Shown here: in pieces, positions 39,824 through 48,931 of the stretch
How the letters are laid out: each line of letters starts with the position of its first letter
How positions within the stretch are numbered: position 1 is the stretch's first letter
From: Candidatus Woykebacteria bacterium
GTDB lineage: Bacteria > Patescibacteriota > Microgenomatia > Woykebacterales > RBG-16-39-9b
DNA length: 64,000 nt
Reading direction: 5' to 3'
Assembly: GCA_040876345.1 (NCBI GenBank)
Contig: JBBDPM010000006.1
Location: forward strand, 70,803 to 134,802
Position numbers and translations under genes: made by a program
The notes under the pieces: generated by a model
What the model was told of the DNA's origin: nothing
Databases searched by the model: none
Seen by the model: the letters and a program-made list of their open reading frames with translations, nothing else

Positions 39824-41890
39824 ATGATTAAAAAAATCTTTTCAAAAAACTTAATAATTTTATTAGCAGTTTTTGCAATTATTCTTTATCCACTATTAAC
39901 TTCTAATCAGGCAGTTTTCGCTGCTCCTGAAACACCTCAGACACCAGACTTACCATCAACTGCGACTCAGAATCCAGGCGACCAGATCATCCAAAACCCA
40001 AATATTGAAGAGCCCCAACCTCAAACTCCAGAGGTCAGCCCAGAAGAAGCCGAGAGGCAACGTCAAAGAGAAGAAAGGCGGGCAGCAAGAAGGCTTGCCA
40101 GAGAACAAGCAGCGCTAGCTGCGATAAATAGCCAGCCTTCCCAAGAACCAAGTGTTGGCTCTCCAAACCCGGCCGTAACAAATATTGGAACAGCTGAAAA
40201 CTCAGGCGAGGAAGTCAGCTTGGAAACGCTTTCCGCCGCCAATTCTGACACTGGATCTGACTCCGAGAACAATGCAAATTCTAACCTAGAAAATAATTTG
40301 GGGACCGAGATCAACAACGACTTAAATGTTGATAACGGCGCGTATATAAATGTCGACTCCGGTCACAACGGTGCTGACAAAAATACCGGGGACGGGGAAG
40401 TTGTCTCTGGTGATGCCGATCTCATGCTTACCGCCCTGAACGTTGGCAACAACGTTGGTGTTGGTACCCAGGTATTTAACATCTTTGATGATCAAACAGG
40501 AGACGTAATACTCGATTTTGACGATGTAACTCCAGTTTCTCTTGGAACTCTCTGCAGCGACTCAACTAGTGCTAATCAAACAACCGGGTCTTATTCTGAA
40601 AATGATGCCAGCACCACTTGCACCAGCAACAATACAATATTAGTAGATAACAACGGTAACATCGTTAACGATTATTATTTAAGCGCTGACACTGGCCACA
40701 ATAGCGCTAGCAAAAACACGGGGGATGGATCAGTTACCACGGGTGATGCCAATGTTGTTCTAAACGTAATTAATTTCTTTAATAACACTTTTCTGGGAGG
40801 AGCCGGTGAACTCTTACTTGGAATTGTAAATGTTTTCGGAAACCTTTCCGGTGATATTGTCCTTAATATGCCCAGTTCCGGGGATGAATTCTTTGTCGCT
40901 GGCACGGATGGCAACGCAGCTAATTCTACAACCGGGTCTTACTCGGATAATAACGCTGGCACTAACACAACAAATAATACTAATGTTTCTTTAACAAACA
41001 GCGCCGATATATTAAACAACCTTATGCTTTTTGGTGACACTGGCGGAAATGATGCCTCGAAAAACACTGGTTCAGGATCGGTATTGACCGGGGGCGTAAA
41101 TGCAAATCTTAACGTCACAAACATTAGTAACACAAACGCCGTCGGGGATGCAGGTACTCTTTGGCTTGTGCTGGTAAACAATCTAGGTGAGTGGACAGGC
41201 CAAATATGGGGCTTTGACAGCACCGGCACAGCATCTCCCTTCTTCACATTTTCGATCGGGGAAGATGGCTCATTCAACGCGGGCACCGGTGAAGACTCTA
41301 CCAATAATGCCTCCACCTCAACAACCAACAATACAGGCATCGATGTAAATAATAGGGCGAATCTGACCAACAATGTCTACATAAACGCGAACACCGGCGG
41401 AAATAGCGCTTCAATGAACACAGGCTCCGGAATAATAAAATCAGGGGACGTAAATGTAGCCGCAAACATTATGAACATTCTAAACAACAACTTCGTCGCT
41501 TCGCGATTTGTAATTACGATTGTCAATGTGTTTGGCAGCTTCTTCGGGGACGTTTTCCCAGGTGGGGAAGAACAAAAGGCGGATGTTGAGGCCAATGAGG
41601 ACACTTCGGTTGCAACCGGGCCAGGAAAAACTGTTGTAGCTAGCAATAATAATCAAGGAACAGGGTTTGGTGGCTCTAAATCAAACATCTCTGCCAACAA
41701 CGACAACCAAGGATCGGCTCTATCCACAAACATTTTAGGGCCCGATGAAAGTAGAGTAGAAGGTATAACAAAAGTAATCGGAAAAGACAGTAAGAACATA
41801 ACCGACTATTGGTGGATTGCTATCCCATTATTATTAATAGCCGCCGGTACTGCCGCCGCAAAAAGGAGGCAACTATGGAAGGCAGGCTAA
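39824..41890 (+). CDS. Secreted repeat protein with C-terminal TM anchor
   Basis: Signal peptide, P/Q linker, four copies of the repeat with hydrophobic inserts, WWIAIPLLLIAA..KRR. Confidence 0.85.
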   Translation: MIKKIFSKNLIILLAVFAIILYPLLTSNQAVFAAPETPQTPDLPSTATQNPGDQIIQNPNIEEPQPQTPEVSPEEAERQRQREERRAARRLAREQAALAAINSQPSQEPSVGSPNPAVTNIGTAENSGEEVSLETLSAANSDTGSDSENNANSNLENNLGTEINNDLNVDNGAYINVDSGHNGADKNTGDGEVVSGDADLMLTALNVGNNVGVGTQVFNIFDDQTGDVILDFDDVTPVSLGTLCSDSTSANQTTGSYSENDASTTCTSNNTILVDNNGNIVNDYYLSADTGHNSASKNTGDGSVTTGDANVVLNVINFFNNTFLGGAGELLLGIVNVFGNLSGDIVLNMPSSGDEFFVAGTDGNAANSTTGSYSDNNAGTNTTNNTNVSLTNSADILNNLMLFGDTGGNDASKNTGSGSVLTGGVNANLNVTNISNTNAVGDAGTLWLVLVNNLGEWTGQIWGFDSTGTASPFFTFSIGEDGSFNAGTGEDSTNNASTSTTNNTGIDVNNRANLTNNVYINANTGGNSASMNTGSGIIKSGDVNVAANIMNILNNNFVASRFVITIVNVFGSFFGDVFPGGEEQKADVEANEDTSVATGPGKTVVASNNNQGTGFGGSKSNISANNDNQGSALSTNILGPDESRVEGITKVIGKDSKNITDYWWIAIPLLLIAAGTAAAKRRQLWKAG

Positions 41891-42708
41891 AAAAGCTTAC
41901 CTTTAAAATTTCTTTAACAACTGCCGCTTTCGGAGCATCGCTTTTAATTGCTCCCGGAGCACTTGCTCAAACTGCCCAAAACCAAAGTACTGGAGCAGAC
42001 TCTAGTAATACCGCGGAGGTTAAGGTTGAAAATGATTTAAATGTGTCTTCAAATAACACTGCTAATATCAACAATAACCTTAAGATAAGCGCTAACACTG
42101 GTGGGAACAGCGCTTCGAAGAACACTGGAGACGGAACTGTTAAGACAGGCGACATAACCGGCCGTGTTAGCATTGTAAATGATGTTAACTCTAACAGTCT
42201 AAACGATTCGAACTTTGACTGCAGCAGTCTTTGCACGGTGAGTTGGGACATCAAAGCTTCAAACTCCCACACGGGTGCAGATTCTGAAAACAGCGCCACT
42301 GTGAACGTTGAGAACGATGTCGATATAACTCAGAATAACGACCTGGATATCGACAACAACTTAGACGCCGATCTTAACACGGGCGACAACGAAGCCGATA
42401 AAAACACTGGCGACGGCAGCGTGAAATCAGGCGATATAGACTTTGATGTCAGTATCGTAAACGAAGGGAATAACAACAGTATTGGTGGGCCGGTGGAAGA
42501 TCCAAAATCTCCACCACCAGCAGGACCAAAGACTCCAACACCTGGCAAGCCTTCCGAAAAAGGCAGGGTATTGGCAGCAACCAAAGGTCTACCCGTAACC
42601 GGTGGTAACCTACCAGTAGTGCCCGCTTTAGCTCTAATTTTGGCCGGACTCTTTTTAAGAAGGATGGAAGAAGTCTTAAGAGGCCGATTTCTTACCGAGA
42701 AAAGCTAA
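41875..42708 (+). CDS. Secreted repeat protein with LPxTG sorting signal
   Basis: SD AAGGAGG, signal peptide ending ALA, two repeats, Pro linker, LPVTG + TM + RR. Confidence 0.85.
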   Translation: MEGRLKKLTFKISLTTAAFGASLLIAPGALAQTAQNQSTGADSSNTAEVKVENDLNVSSNNTANINNNLKISANTGGNSASKNTGDGTVKTGDITGRVSIVNDVNSNSLNDSNFDCSSLCTVSWDIKASNSHTGADSENSATVNVENDVDITQNNDLDIDNNLDADLNTGDNEADKNTGDGSVKSGDIDFDVSIVNEGNNNSIGGPVEDPKSPPPAGPKTPTPGKPSEKGRVLAATKGLPVTGGNLPVVPALALILAGLFLRRMEEVLRGRFLTEKS

Positions 42709-42730
42709 GATTTGATTCAACTCTTTAGTG

Positions 42731-42764
42731 AAAAGACCTCCGAGAACTCGGGGGTCTTTTCTTT
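42731..42764 (+). terminator. Intrinsic terminator of repeat-protein operon
   Basis: AAAAGACCTCCGAG-AA-CTCGGGGGTCTTTTT. Confidence 0.85.
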
Positions 42765-42866
42765 ATCTGCCCCAATAGTTTGTATTCAGCTTCAATTTCT
42801 GCTAGAATATACAAGCTTTTGCCAGACCTTAAAGACAGCGAGGTAGTTGAAGGGGAGGGAGAACCT

Positions 42867-43086
42867 ATGAAACCCAACAGATCCCTAATCAGGGTAAAGA
42901 ACCCCTGGAGATTGTTGACAGCTGAGATCACAGCTGTCTACCTGTCCCTAGTTCAAAGGAAAAGAATTGATTGAAATAGTAAAGAGGCCTTTTGGGGATG
43001 TTCTCAACATGGTGTTAAACGGAGAAATCACCCACACCGGAAGTGTAGTTTCAATTCTGAAAATTGCCCGCCTTAAAGGTTTATAG
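42867..43086 (+). pseudogene. NUDIX (ADP-ribose pyrophosphatase-like) remnant
   Basis: N-end KNPWRLL and, in another frame, C-end IEIVKRPFGDVLNMVLNGEITH; no Nudix box. Confidence 0.5.
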
Positions 43087-43096
43087 AACCTTTTGA

Positions 43097-43501
43097 TTAG
43101 ACCCAAGCACCTATAATTGCTCCCATAACGACAAATTCGATTAAGTGGCTTCCAACATTCAAGAGATAAAGATTCTTTGGCTTATCTTCAAAAGATGCGT
43201 GAACAAGCAATGTTGTTGCTACAAACCCTAGCCAAACCCAAAAACCAACAACTGCTCCTTCTTGCCAAGTACTAGCCTGTGCATAACTTGATATATAGGC
43301 AAGAACATAGGCAGTTACAAGAGCGGAGACGGCAGCAATAACCATTGCCTGGACAGCTCCTTTTCTCACACTCTCTTCTGTTTTTCCAACCAATTGTCTC
43401 CAAGTTTTACCAAAAAGTGGCCCATACCAAACAGAGCCAGTAACCATGCTAACAATAGCAGCTACAAGTATTGCAAGATAATTTACATCGACCGCTAGCA
43501 C
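43097..43501 (-). CDS. DUF1761-like membrane protein
   Basis: VNYLAILVAA..GSVWYGPLFGKTW..FWVWLGF; SD AAGGAGGTGA then GTG. Confidence 0.85.
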   Translation of the reverse strand: MLAVDVNYLAILVAAIVSMVTGSVWYGPLFGKTWRQLVGKTEESVRKGAVQAMVIAAVSALVTAYVLAYISSYAQASTWQEGAVVGFWVWLGFVATTLLVHASFEDKPKNLYLLNVGSHLIEFVVMGAIIGAWV

Positions 43502-43721
43502 ATTTATCACCTCCTTTTTAACCCTCTCTAGATTTGACAAAAAGAGGGTTTAACTTTATACGCAACCATATTAAATCCTGGGTAAAGAATACGCAACCAT
43601 CAGTTTTTACTTAAATTCTGAAAAATATTAATATAAATTTGACTCCGTTTGGTAGAATTAACTAACGCTACGAAGTCGCTGATGGTCTCAGTGCAAAAAC
43701 GACGGAGATAGGAGTTCTGCG

Positions 43722-43853
43722 ATGAGAGAGCCGCCCCGCAAAGAAGGTGCGACTATGGGGGAGTTCAAGACGATTCTCATCCTCGTAGTAGTCGCAATCG
43801 GACTAAGCACAGCAGTCTGCTTTCGGGCCCAAATCTTCGGCTTGCTCTTCTAG
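43722..43853 (+). CDS. Flp-like prepilin (43 aa); not in ORF track
   Basis: SD AGGAG; MREPPRKEG|ATMGEFKTILILVVVAIG.. with Gly(-1), Glu(+5), aromatic(+6). Confidence 0.6.
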   Translation: MREPPRKEGATMGEFKTILILVVVAIGLSTAVCFRAQIFGLLF

Positions 43854-44222
43854 TATCTTGTGTCCGAACTTAAGACGCCAGGCTGGCAAACCTTGGTATC
43901 CAAGAGAGGCCAGCTTTCTCACTTATAAATCCTTTATTTGTGAACCTAAAAGTGCCATTTTTGCTTGATATATCAGCCATTTATAGTCCTATAGCGCTTA
44001 CTTGACAAGAGGGCCAGGGAGGTGGCAGTTTAGTGTATAAACTGCTATTATTGACTGCCATATCAGCCTTTTTGGGGTTTTTATGGAAAGGAATTTCCGG
44101 GGAATTTTTACAAAACGAATAAAAATAGAGTACGGGGCAACTTAGAGGAGAAAATAAATGATCTATAGAGCGAAGAAGAAAGGAGAAAAACAAATACTTT
44201 GCCCGGCAGGGAGGCTGGCGTG

Positions 44223-44250
44223 ACGTCGCATAACCATCATTGTGCGACGT
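44223..44250. other. dif-like Xer recombination site
   Basis: ACGTCGCATAA-CCATCA-TTGTGCGACGT (11-6-11) at the gene-orientation convergence. Confidence 0.7.
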
Positions 44251-44877
44251 AACATTAAATCAAGGCTAGGGCTCTAAAAGACCAGTGCGTACACTTCTAG
44301 AGTGGTGCGGAAAAATAAGGGGCAAAACTTTTTTTCTAAACTTTTTCTCCACTACTAAGTAACCATCTACATTATTAAAACGTCTTCTAGGGCATTATAG
44401 CGCCTTGCCCCAAGGTTACAAATCGGTCCTTATAAATCCCATCTACATTCCTAAACCCAAGTTCCTGAATAATTCCAATTTTGCTTGATATAACATTCAA
44501 TAATTTACCTTTTAGGTTCAATTTTGGTTAGGTTTTTTTTCTATATAAACCTAGAGAGAGAGAGGTAGCACTCTACCTCGGAGTGCGCAAAGACCGAAAG
44601 TCTTTCGGGTTTTTTTTGATTGGACCCTAATTTAGCAGACGGTACTACACCCTATAGTTTTGGACTTTCCACACGTGGAAATACTGTATCAAACTATATC
44701 AACAAACTTTGTTTCTCATATCAAAATCCCCTGAAAAGGGGACTTTGCTACTACACTTCTCTACCCTAGCTGGTTGGTTGCCAAATTTTTTTGAGCCTTG
44801 ATAATTAGTTTACTAAAATCAACTTGACTGCAGAGTAATCGTTATTCTATTTTAAATAGTACAGTTTTAATTACTTA

Positions 44878-45651
44878 CTACCCTCTCCAACTAGTCGTTA
44901 CCAAAAGAAAAACCATCACCGCTACTCCAACGAAAATATACTCAAGCACCGTTGACTTTTTTAAATCTTTTTTTACATCATGCTGCAAGATTCCGAGCAA
45001 AACGTAAACTGCGGCCGTCAGGGCAAGACCAACCTTGGCTGGGTTTAGGGGCCAGAAGGAAAAGGCTAACGCAATCTCTCCGAGAACTAAACCTAAAACA
45101 AAAGACGAAATAGTGACGTGCGGGCTTGGGGTTTCTTCCAATTCAATTTTCCAAAGAGCTTGAGTAAAAAGCAAGATTCCGATAGTAGCCACCAAAGCTG
45201 CAAAAAGCCAAAAATCTAACCCCACACCAAAAAGCAAAGAAAAAATTGAAAATGAAACAAACAAAGTACCCAAATATGAGACTGTGTTAGCAGCTCTAAT
45301 AAGCGGAATATTACGCTCGGCCGAGACGTTAAAAATATTTTCGGAAAGAAGCAAAATATACATAACAAATCCAAAGACAACGCATAAAACAAGTCTCACC
45401 AGGTTTTCCGGTTCAAATTGGTAGACAAAACCAGCGAAGCTTGTCGTTAAAAATATTGGCAAAACAAACAGTGTTAAAAACTCAAATCCGGAAACATCTC
45501 TGAAAAGAGACCAAAGGGATAATGCATAACTTGCAGCGATTATTCCAGCCAGAAGCCAAATCCTTAAGTCTTCCGGTGCAGCTGAGGAAAAGTAAATGCT
45601 TGCGGACAGCAAAAAACTTGTGATCACAATTTTTTGCCTTTTGGTCAACAT
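44878..45651 (-). CDS. Polytopic membrane protein
   Basis: About 9 TM; LLSENIFNVSAERNIPLIRAA. Confidence 0.75.
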   Translation of the reverse strand: MLTKRQKIVITSFLLSASIYFSSAAPEDLRIWLLAGIIAASYALSLWSLFRDVSGFEFLTLFVLPIFLTTSFAGFVYQFEPENLVRLVLCVVFGFVMYILLLSENIFNVSAERNIPLIRAANTVSYLGTLFVSFSIFSLLFGVGLDFWLFAALVATIGILLFTQALWKIELEETPSPHVTISSFVLGLVLGEIALAFSFWPLNPAKVGLALTAAVYVLLGILQHDVKKDLKKSTVLEYIFVGVAVMVFLLVTTSWRG

Positions 45652-45663
45652 GAAGGGCTAATT

Positions 45664-46209
45664 TTATACCATGAGGTTTTGCTTTGACAAGTGGCACAGT
45701 GCGGCGGCAACGGCGTCATAAGCATCGTCTCTAAAACGATTTACCTGCTTTCCATCCTGATCGCGTGGAACTCTAATATTTGTTACACCCAACAAGCGTT
45801 TTACGGCTTTACGAACAGCATGTTTATCCGATCTACCATGATTTGCTACCTCTAGCTTAATTTCTAGACCCGTATATTCATGGAATGGGGTTTTAGTCTC
45901 GGCAGCAACTAGCATCACTACACCCCTTGCTTGCCCCACCGCCATTGCCGTTCGAGAGTTTACCCCAAAGAAAAGTTTTTCCACTACTAAACCTTGCGGT
46001 TTGTGTTTATCTAAAACCTTTTTCAACTCTCGTCTCAAAATCAGAAGTCTCTTCGGCATCTCCTCCTCCGCCTTAGTCAATATACACCCAAAATCCAATA
46101 GTCTTAATCCGTTTCCCTTGTTGTTTTTAATTTCTAGTTTTTCGCCTTTAATTTCCACCGCTCCCCACCCCGTAGTGGCAGTGCCAGGATCTATTCCAAC
46201 AATTATCAT
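45664..46209 (-). CDS. ruvC: Holliday junction resolvase RuvC
   Basis: GIDPG, EKLFF, GQARGV, DDAYDA. Confidence 0.95.
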   Translation of the reverse strand: MIIVGIDPGTATTGWGAVEIKGEKLEIKNNKGNGLRLLDFGCILTKAEEEMPKRLLILRRELKKVLDKHKPQGLVVEKLFFGVNSRTAMAVGQARGVVMLVAAETKTPFHEYTGLEIKLEVANHGRSDKHAVRKAVKRLLGVTNIRVPRDQDGKQVNRFRDDAYDAVAAALCHLSKQNLMV

Positions 46210-46250
46210 ATGAACAAAAAATGAACCTAAAAAAGGTATATTTATACCTT

Positions 46251-46562
46251 TTATACTAGGTCAAATTCCCCTTTCTTTCGCCTATTATCAATTTCTTTTA
46301 AAACTTTTGGATACTCTTCTTCTAGATCAATTTTGTAGTGGGCCGCTACAAGGAATATAGAAAAAAGAACATCACAGACGCTATCGACAAGCTCTGATTT
46401 AGACCGGTTCTTTGTTTTAAACCCCTCTGTAACTTGAATAGCATTTGCTAGTTCTCCAACTTCTTCAACCAAATCATTGAATCTTTGGTATATCTCCCAT
46501 TTTGGTGGCGGCATAGAATTGGCTACTTTTTTAGTTTCCAAAACCGCTTCGTTAAGTTTCAT
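46251..46562 (-). CDS. MazG-like NTP pyrophosphohydrolase
   Basis: LVEEVGELA..DVLF. Confidence 0.8.
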   Translation of the reverse strand: MKLNEAVLETKKVANSMPPPKWEIYQRFNDLVEEVGELANAIQVTEGFKTKNRSKSELVDSVCDVLFSIFLVAAHYKIDLEEEYPKVLKEIDNRRKKGEFDLV

Positions 46563-47317
46563 GCAGCTTCCCTCTCAAGGATTTCTTCCGGGATATCAAA
46601 ATTTGCGTAAACTTTCTGAACGTCTTGTAGTTCTTCCAGTTTATCCATTAATGATAATACCTTGGCCGCCTTTTCCGCTTCCTCAATTCTTACTACATTT
46701 TTGGGTTTCATGGTAATTTCTGAACCGGTAATTTTTAGACCACGGCCCTCAAGCACTTTCTTTATTTTATCAAGGTTTGACGTCGCACAATATATTAACG
46801 CTGATTCTTCCGAAAGATCGACATCGTCTGCTCCGGCATCAGCGGCAGCTGAAAGTAGATCATCTGGACTAACTGCGCCACCTACCTCGACATCTATTTC
46901 GCCAGTCTGGGAAAATAAGTAGGCAACGCTCCCTGGAGCTCCTAAGGTGCCTCCACCTCGATCAAACGTAGTTCTCACCTCTTGAGCAGTTCTCAAACGA
47001 TTGTCAGTGACTGCTACAACTACTACTCCCACACCGGCTGGTCCAAAGCCTTCATAAATAACTTCTTCCAATTTTGCAGCCTCACTTCCCTTCCCAACTC
47101 CTCTATCTACAGCCCTCTCAATATTATCCTTAGGCATATTTAGCCTCTTAGCAGCTTCTATCGCTAGCCTTAGCTTAAAATTTGAATCGGATGAGGCGCC
47201 ACCTTCACGGGCGGCAAGGGTGATAGCGTTAGCTACCCTTGTAAAAGCCTGACCCCGCTTCGCATCGGTAACTCCTTTTTGCCGCTTTATAGTCGACCAC
47301 TTGGAATGACCTGACAT
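46559..47317 (-). CDS. yebC: YebC/PmpR family protein
   Basis: MSGHSKWSTIKRQKG, YEGFGP, TDN, DVQKVYAN. Confidence 0.96.
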   Translation of the reverse strand: MSGHSKWSTIKRQKGVTDAKRGQAFTRVANAITLAAREGGASSDSNFKLRLAIEAAKRLNMPKDNIERAVDRGVGKGSEAAKLEEVIYEGFGPAGVGVVVVAVTDNRLRTAQEVRTTFDRGGGTLGAPGSVAYLFSQTGEIDVEVGGAVSPDDLLSAAADAGADDVDLSEESALIYCATSNLDKIKKVLEGRGLKITGSEITMKPKNVVRIEEAEKAAKVLSLMDKLEELQDVQKVYANFDIPEEILEREAA

Positions 47318-47400
47318 ATAAGAAATTTTATCACAAAATGAAGCTAAAAACGAGATCGGAAGTTTGCGACCCAATTGACTAACGGGTTAATAAATGTTGC

Positions 47401-47751
47401 CTAATTTGATAATTCGGGTAAACCCTCAACCTCTTCTTTAAACTTTGGTATATCTTCTTGGATTGTTTTCCAAACCCTCTTGAGATTAACTTGAAAATAT
47501 TAGTGGACAATAATATCTCTCATACCGGCAATCTCTTTCCACTCTATTCCTGGGTGTTTGTCTCTGTATGCTTGCGGCACATTCTTTACTGCTTCACCAA
47601 TAATCGCAAACCTTCTTAAAACCCCATCTTGGATTAACTGATTTGTGTAAAAATCATCCTCCCCCAGATCGTCAGTGTATTCTTGTATATGCGTAATACT
47701 TTCAGAAATATCATCTAAATATAGACCGGCGTCTCTTTTTTCTTCTTTCAT
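47401..47751 (-). pseudogene. HepT/DUF86 ribonuclease toxin with nonsense codon
   Basis: IIGEAVK..W..IAGMRDIIVH*YFQVNLKRVW; frame continues to TAG at 47401. Confidence 0.85.
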
Positions 47752-47830
47752 AAAATGGGAGCTTGAGAGCTTAGTATTCGCTCTTTGAATGGTAGCAATT
47801 TTCATCTTAAAGATATTAAATCAACTTGAA
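47748..47830 (-). pseudogene. Remnant C-terminus of MNT antitoxin
   Basis: VDLISLR*KLLPFKERILSSQAPIL* overlapping the hepT start (ATGA). Confidence 0.5.
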
Positions 47831-48063
47831 GGATTCTTGATACAATTATCGCTCAAGAGTTTCCTAATCTATTGCCAGAAACATAACAACCTTATAGATC
47901 GTATCCATACTCCTCCCCTCAACCACACAAGCTACTAATTTTACCTTGAGCGTTTAACTTTTCAAATTCAAAAGAAAGGGCTGATTGATTAACAGCCATA
48001 TCTTTGTCAAGACTTGACAAACCCCATAAATTTTCACATATACTTAGTTCTTAGAGGATTACT

Positions 48064-48912
48064 ATGTCTGATTCAAGCTTAGATCCAAAAACTCAAGAAG
48101 CTATTGATGCAGCCCTTTCCGCCGATTGGGAAAAAGCCCTCTCTCTTAACAGGGAGCTCTCGGAAAAATACCCACAGGACACTGAAACTTTAAATAGAGC
48201 AGCTCGTGCCTATCTTGAGCTTGGAGACGTGATTAAGGCTAAAACAAATTATAGAAAAGTTTTGAAAATTGACCCTTACAACTCCATCGCCACCAAAAAT
48301 CTAAACCGACTCGAAAACATAAGCAAGGCCTCACTAATGGGGACTAGCACAAAGCCTGAAAATTTCAATCCCGAGATTTTCTTGGAGGAGCCTGGCAAAA
48401 CTAAAATATTAACTCTGGAGGCTCTCCCCCGAACATCTATACTCGCTTCTCTTAGTATTGGGGACGCGGTCGAATTTGAGACAAAAAGAGATGGTGTTAT
48501 CGTTTTATCAACATCTGGTAAAATGCTTGGGAAAGTAAGCGAAGAGTGGTCCAAAGGCCTCTCTGAAGCTATGAGAGCCGGTAGCAAGTTCGTAGGCTTC
48601 GTAAAGTCGGTCCACCTTAAAGACAGCTCAAAACAAAGTGCTCTTTCCATTTTTGTGAAAGAAATTGAACGCTCTCCAGATCTCCCGCAACCAGTATTCC
48701 CCGCTTCTTCAAACAACTTTACCCCTTACGTGCGCGAGGAGACTTTAGGACTTTTATCTGATAAACCCCTCAATACAGAGCTGGGCGGCGGCGAGGAGTT
48801 AGAGGAAGCCGACAGCGGGAAAGAAGATTTTGACAGTAACCACCAAACAAGTTCTTTAGAGACTCTTGCTGAAAAAGAAATCACCGAAGACCACGAATTT
48901 GAAGAAGAGTGA
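48064..48912 (+). CDS. TPR-containing protein with acidic tail
   Basis: TPR (ARAYLELG..Y.KVLKIDPYN), FLEEPGKTK. Confidence 0.8.
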   Translation: MSDSSLDPKTQEAIDAALSADWEKALSLNRELSEKYPQDTETLNRAARAYLELGDVIKAKTNYRKVLKIDPYNSIATKNLNRLENISKASLMGTSTKPENFNPEIFLEEPGKTKILTLEALPRTSILASLSIGDAVEFETKRDGVIVLSTSGKMLGKVSEEWSKGLSEAMRAGSKFVGFVKSVHLKDSSKQSALSIFVKEIERSPDLPQPVFPASSNNFTPYVREETLGLLSDKPLNTELGGGEELEEADSGKEDFDSNHQTSSLETLAEKEITEDHEFEEE

Positions 48913-48931
48913 TTTATCAACTCCCGACTGC

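Noticed and set aside
38934-42584. Antisense ORFs over the repeat operon and similar shadow ORFs elsewhere
   Set aside because: By-products of codon bias in the real genes; no motifs or start signals
43900-44870. oriC
   Set aside because: No TTATCCACA cluster seen, no dnaA, and genes converge rather than diverge
19685-47502. Stop-codon reassignment explaining in-frame stops
   Set aside because: TAA, TAG and TGA all terminate well-conserved genes at their expected ends
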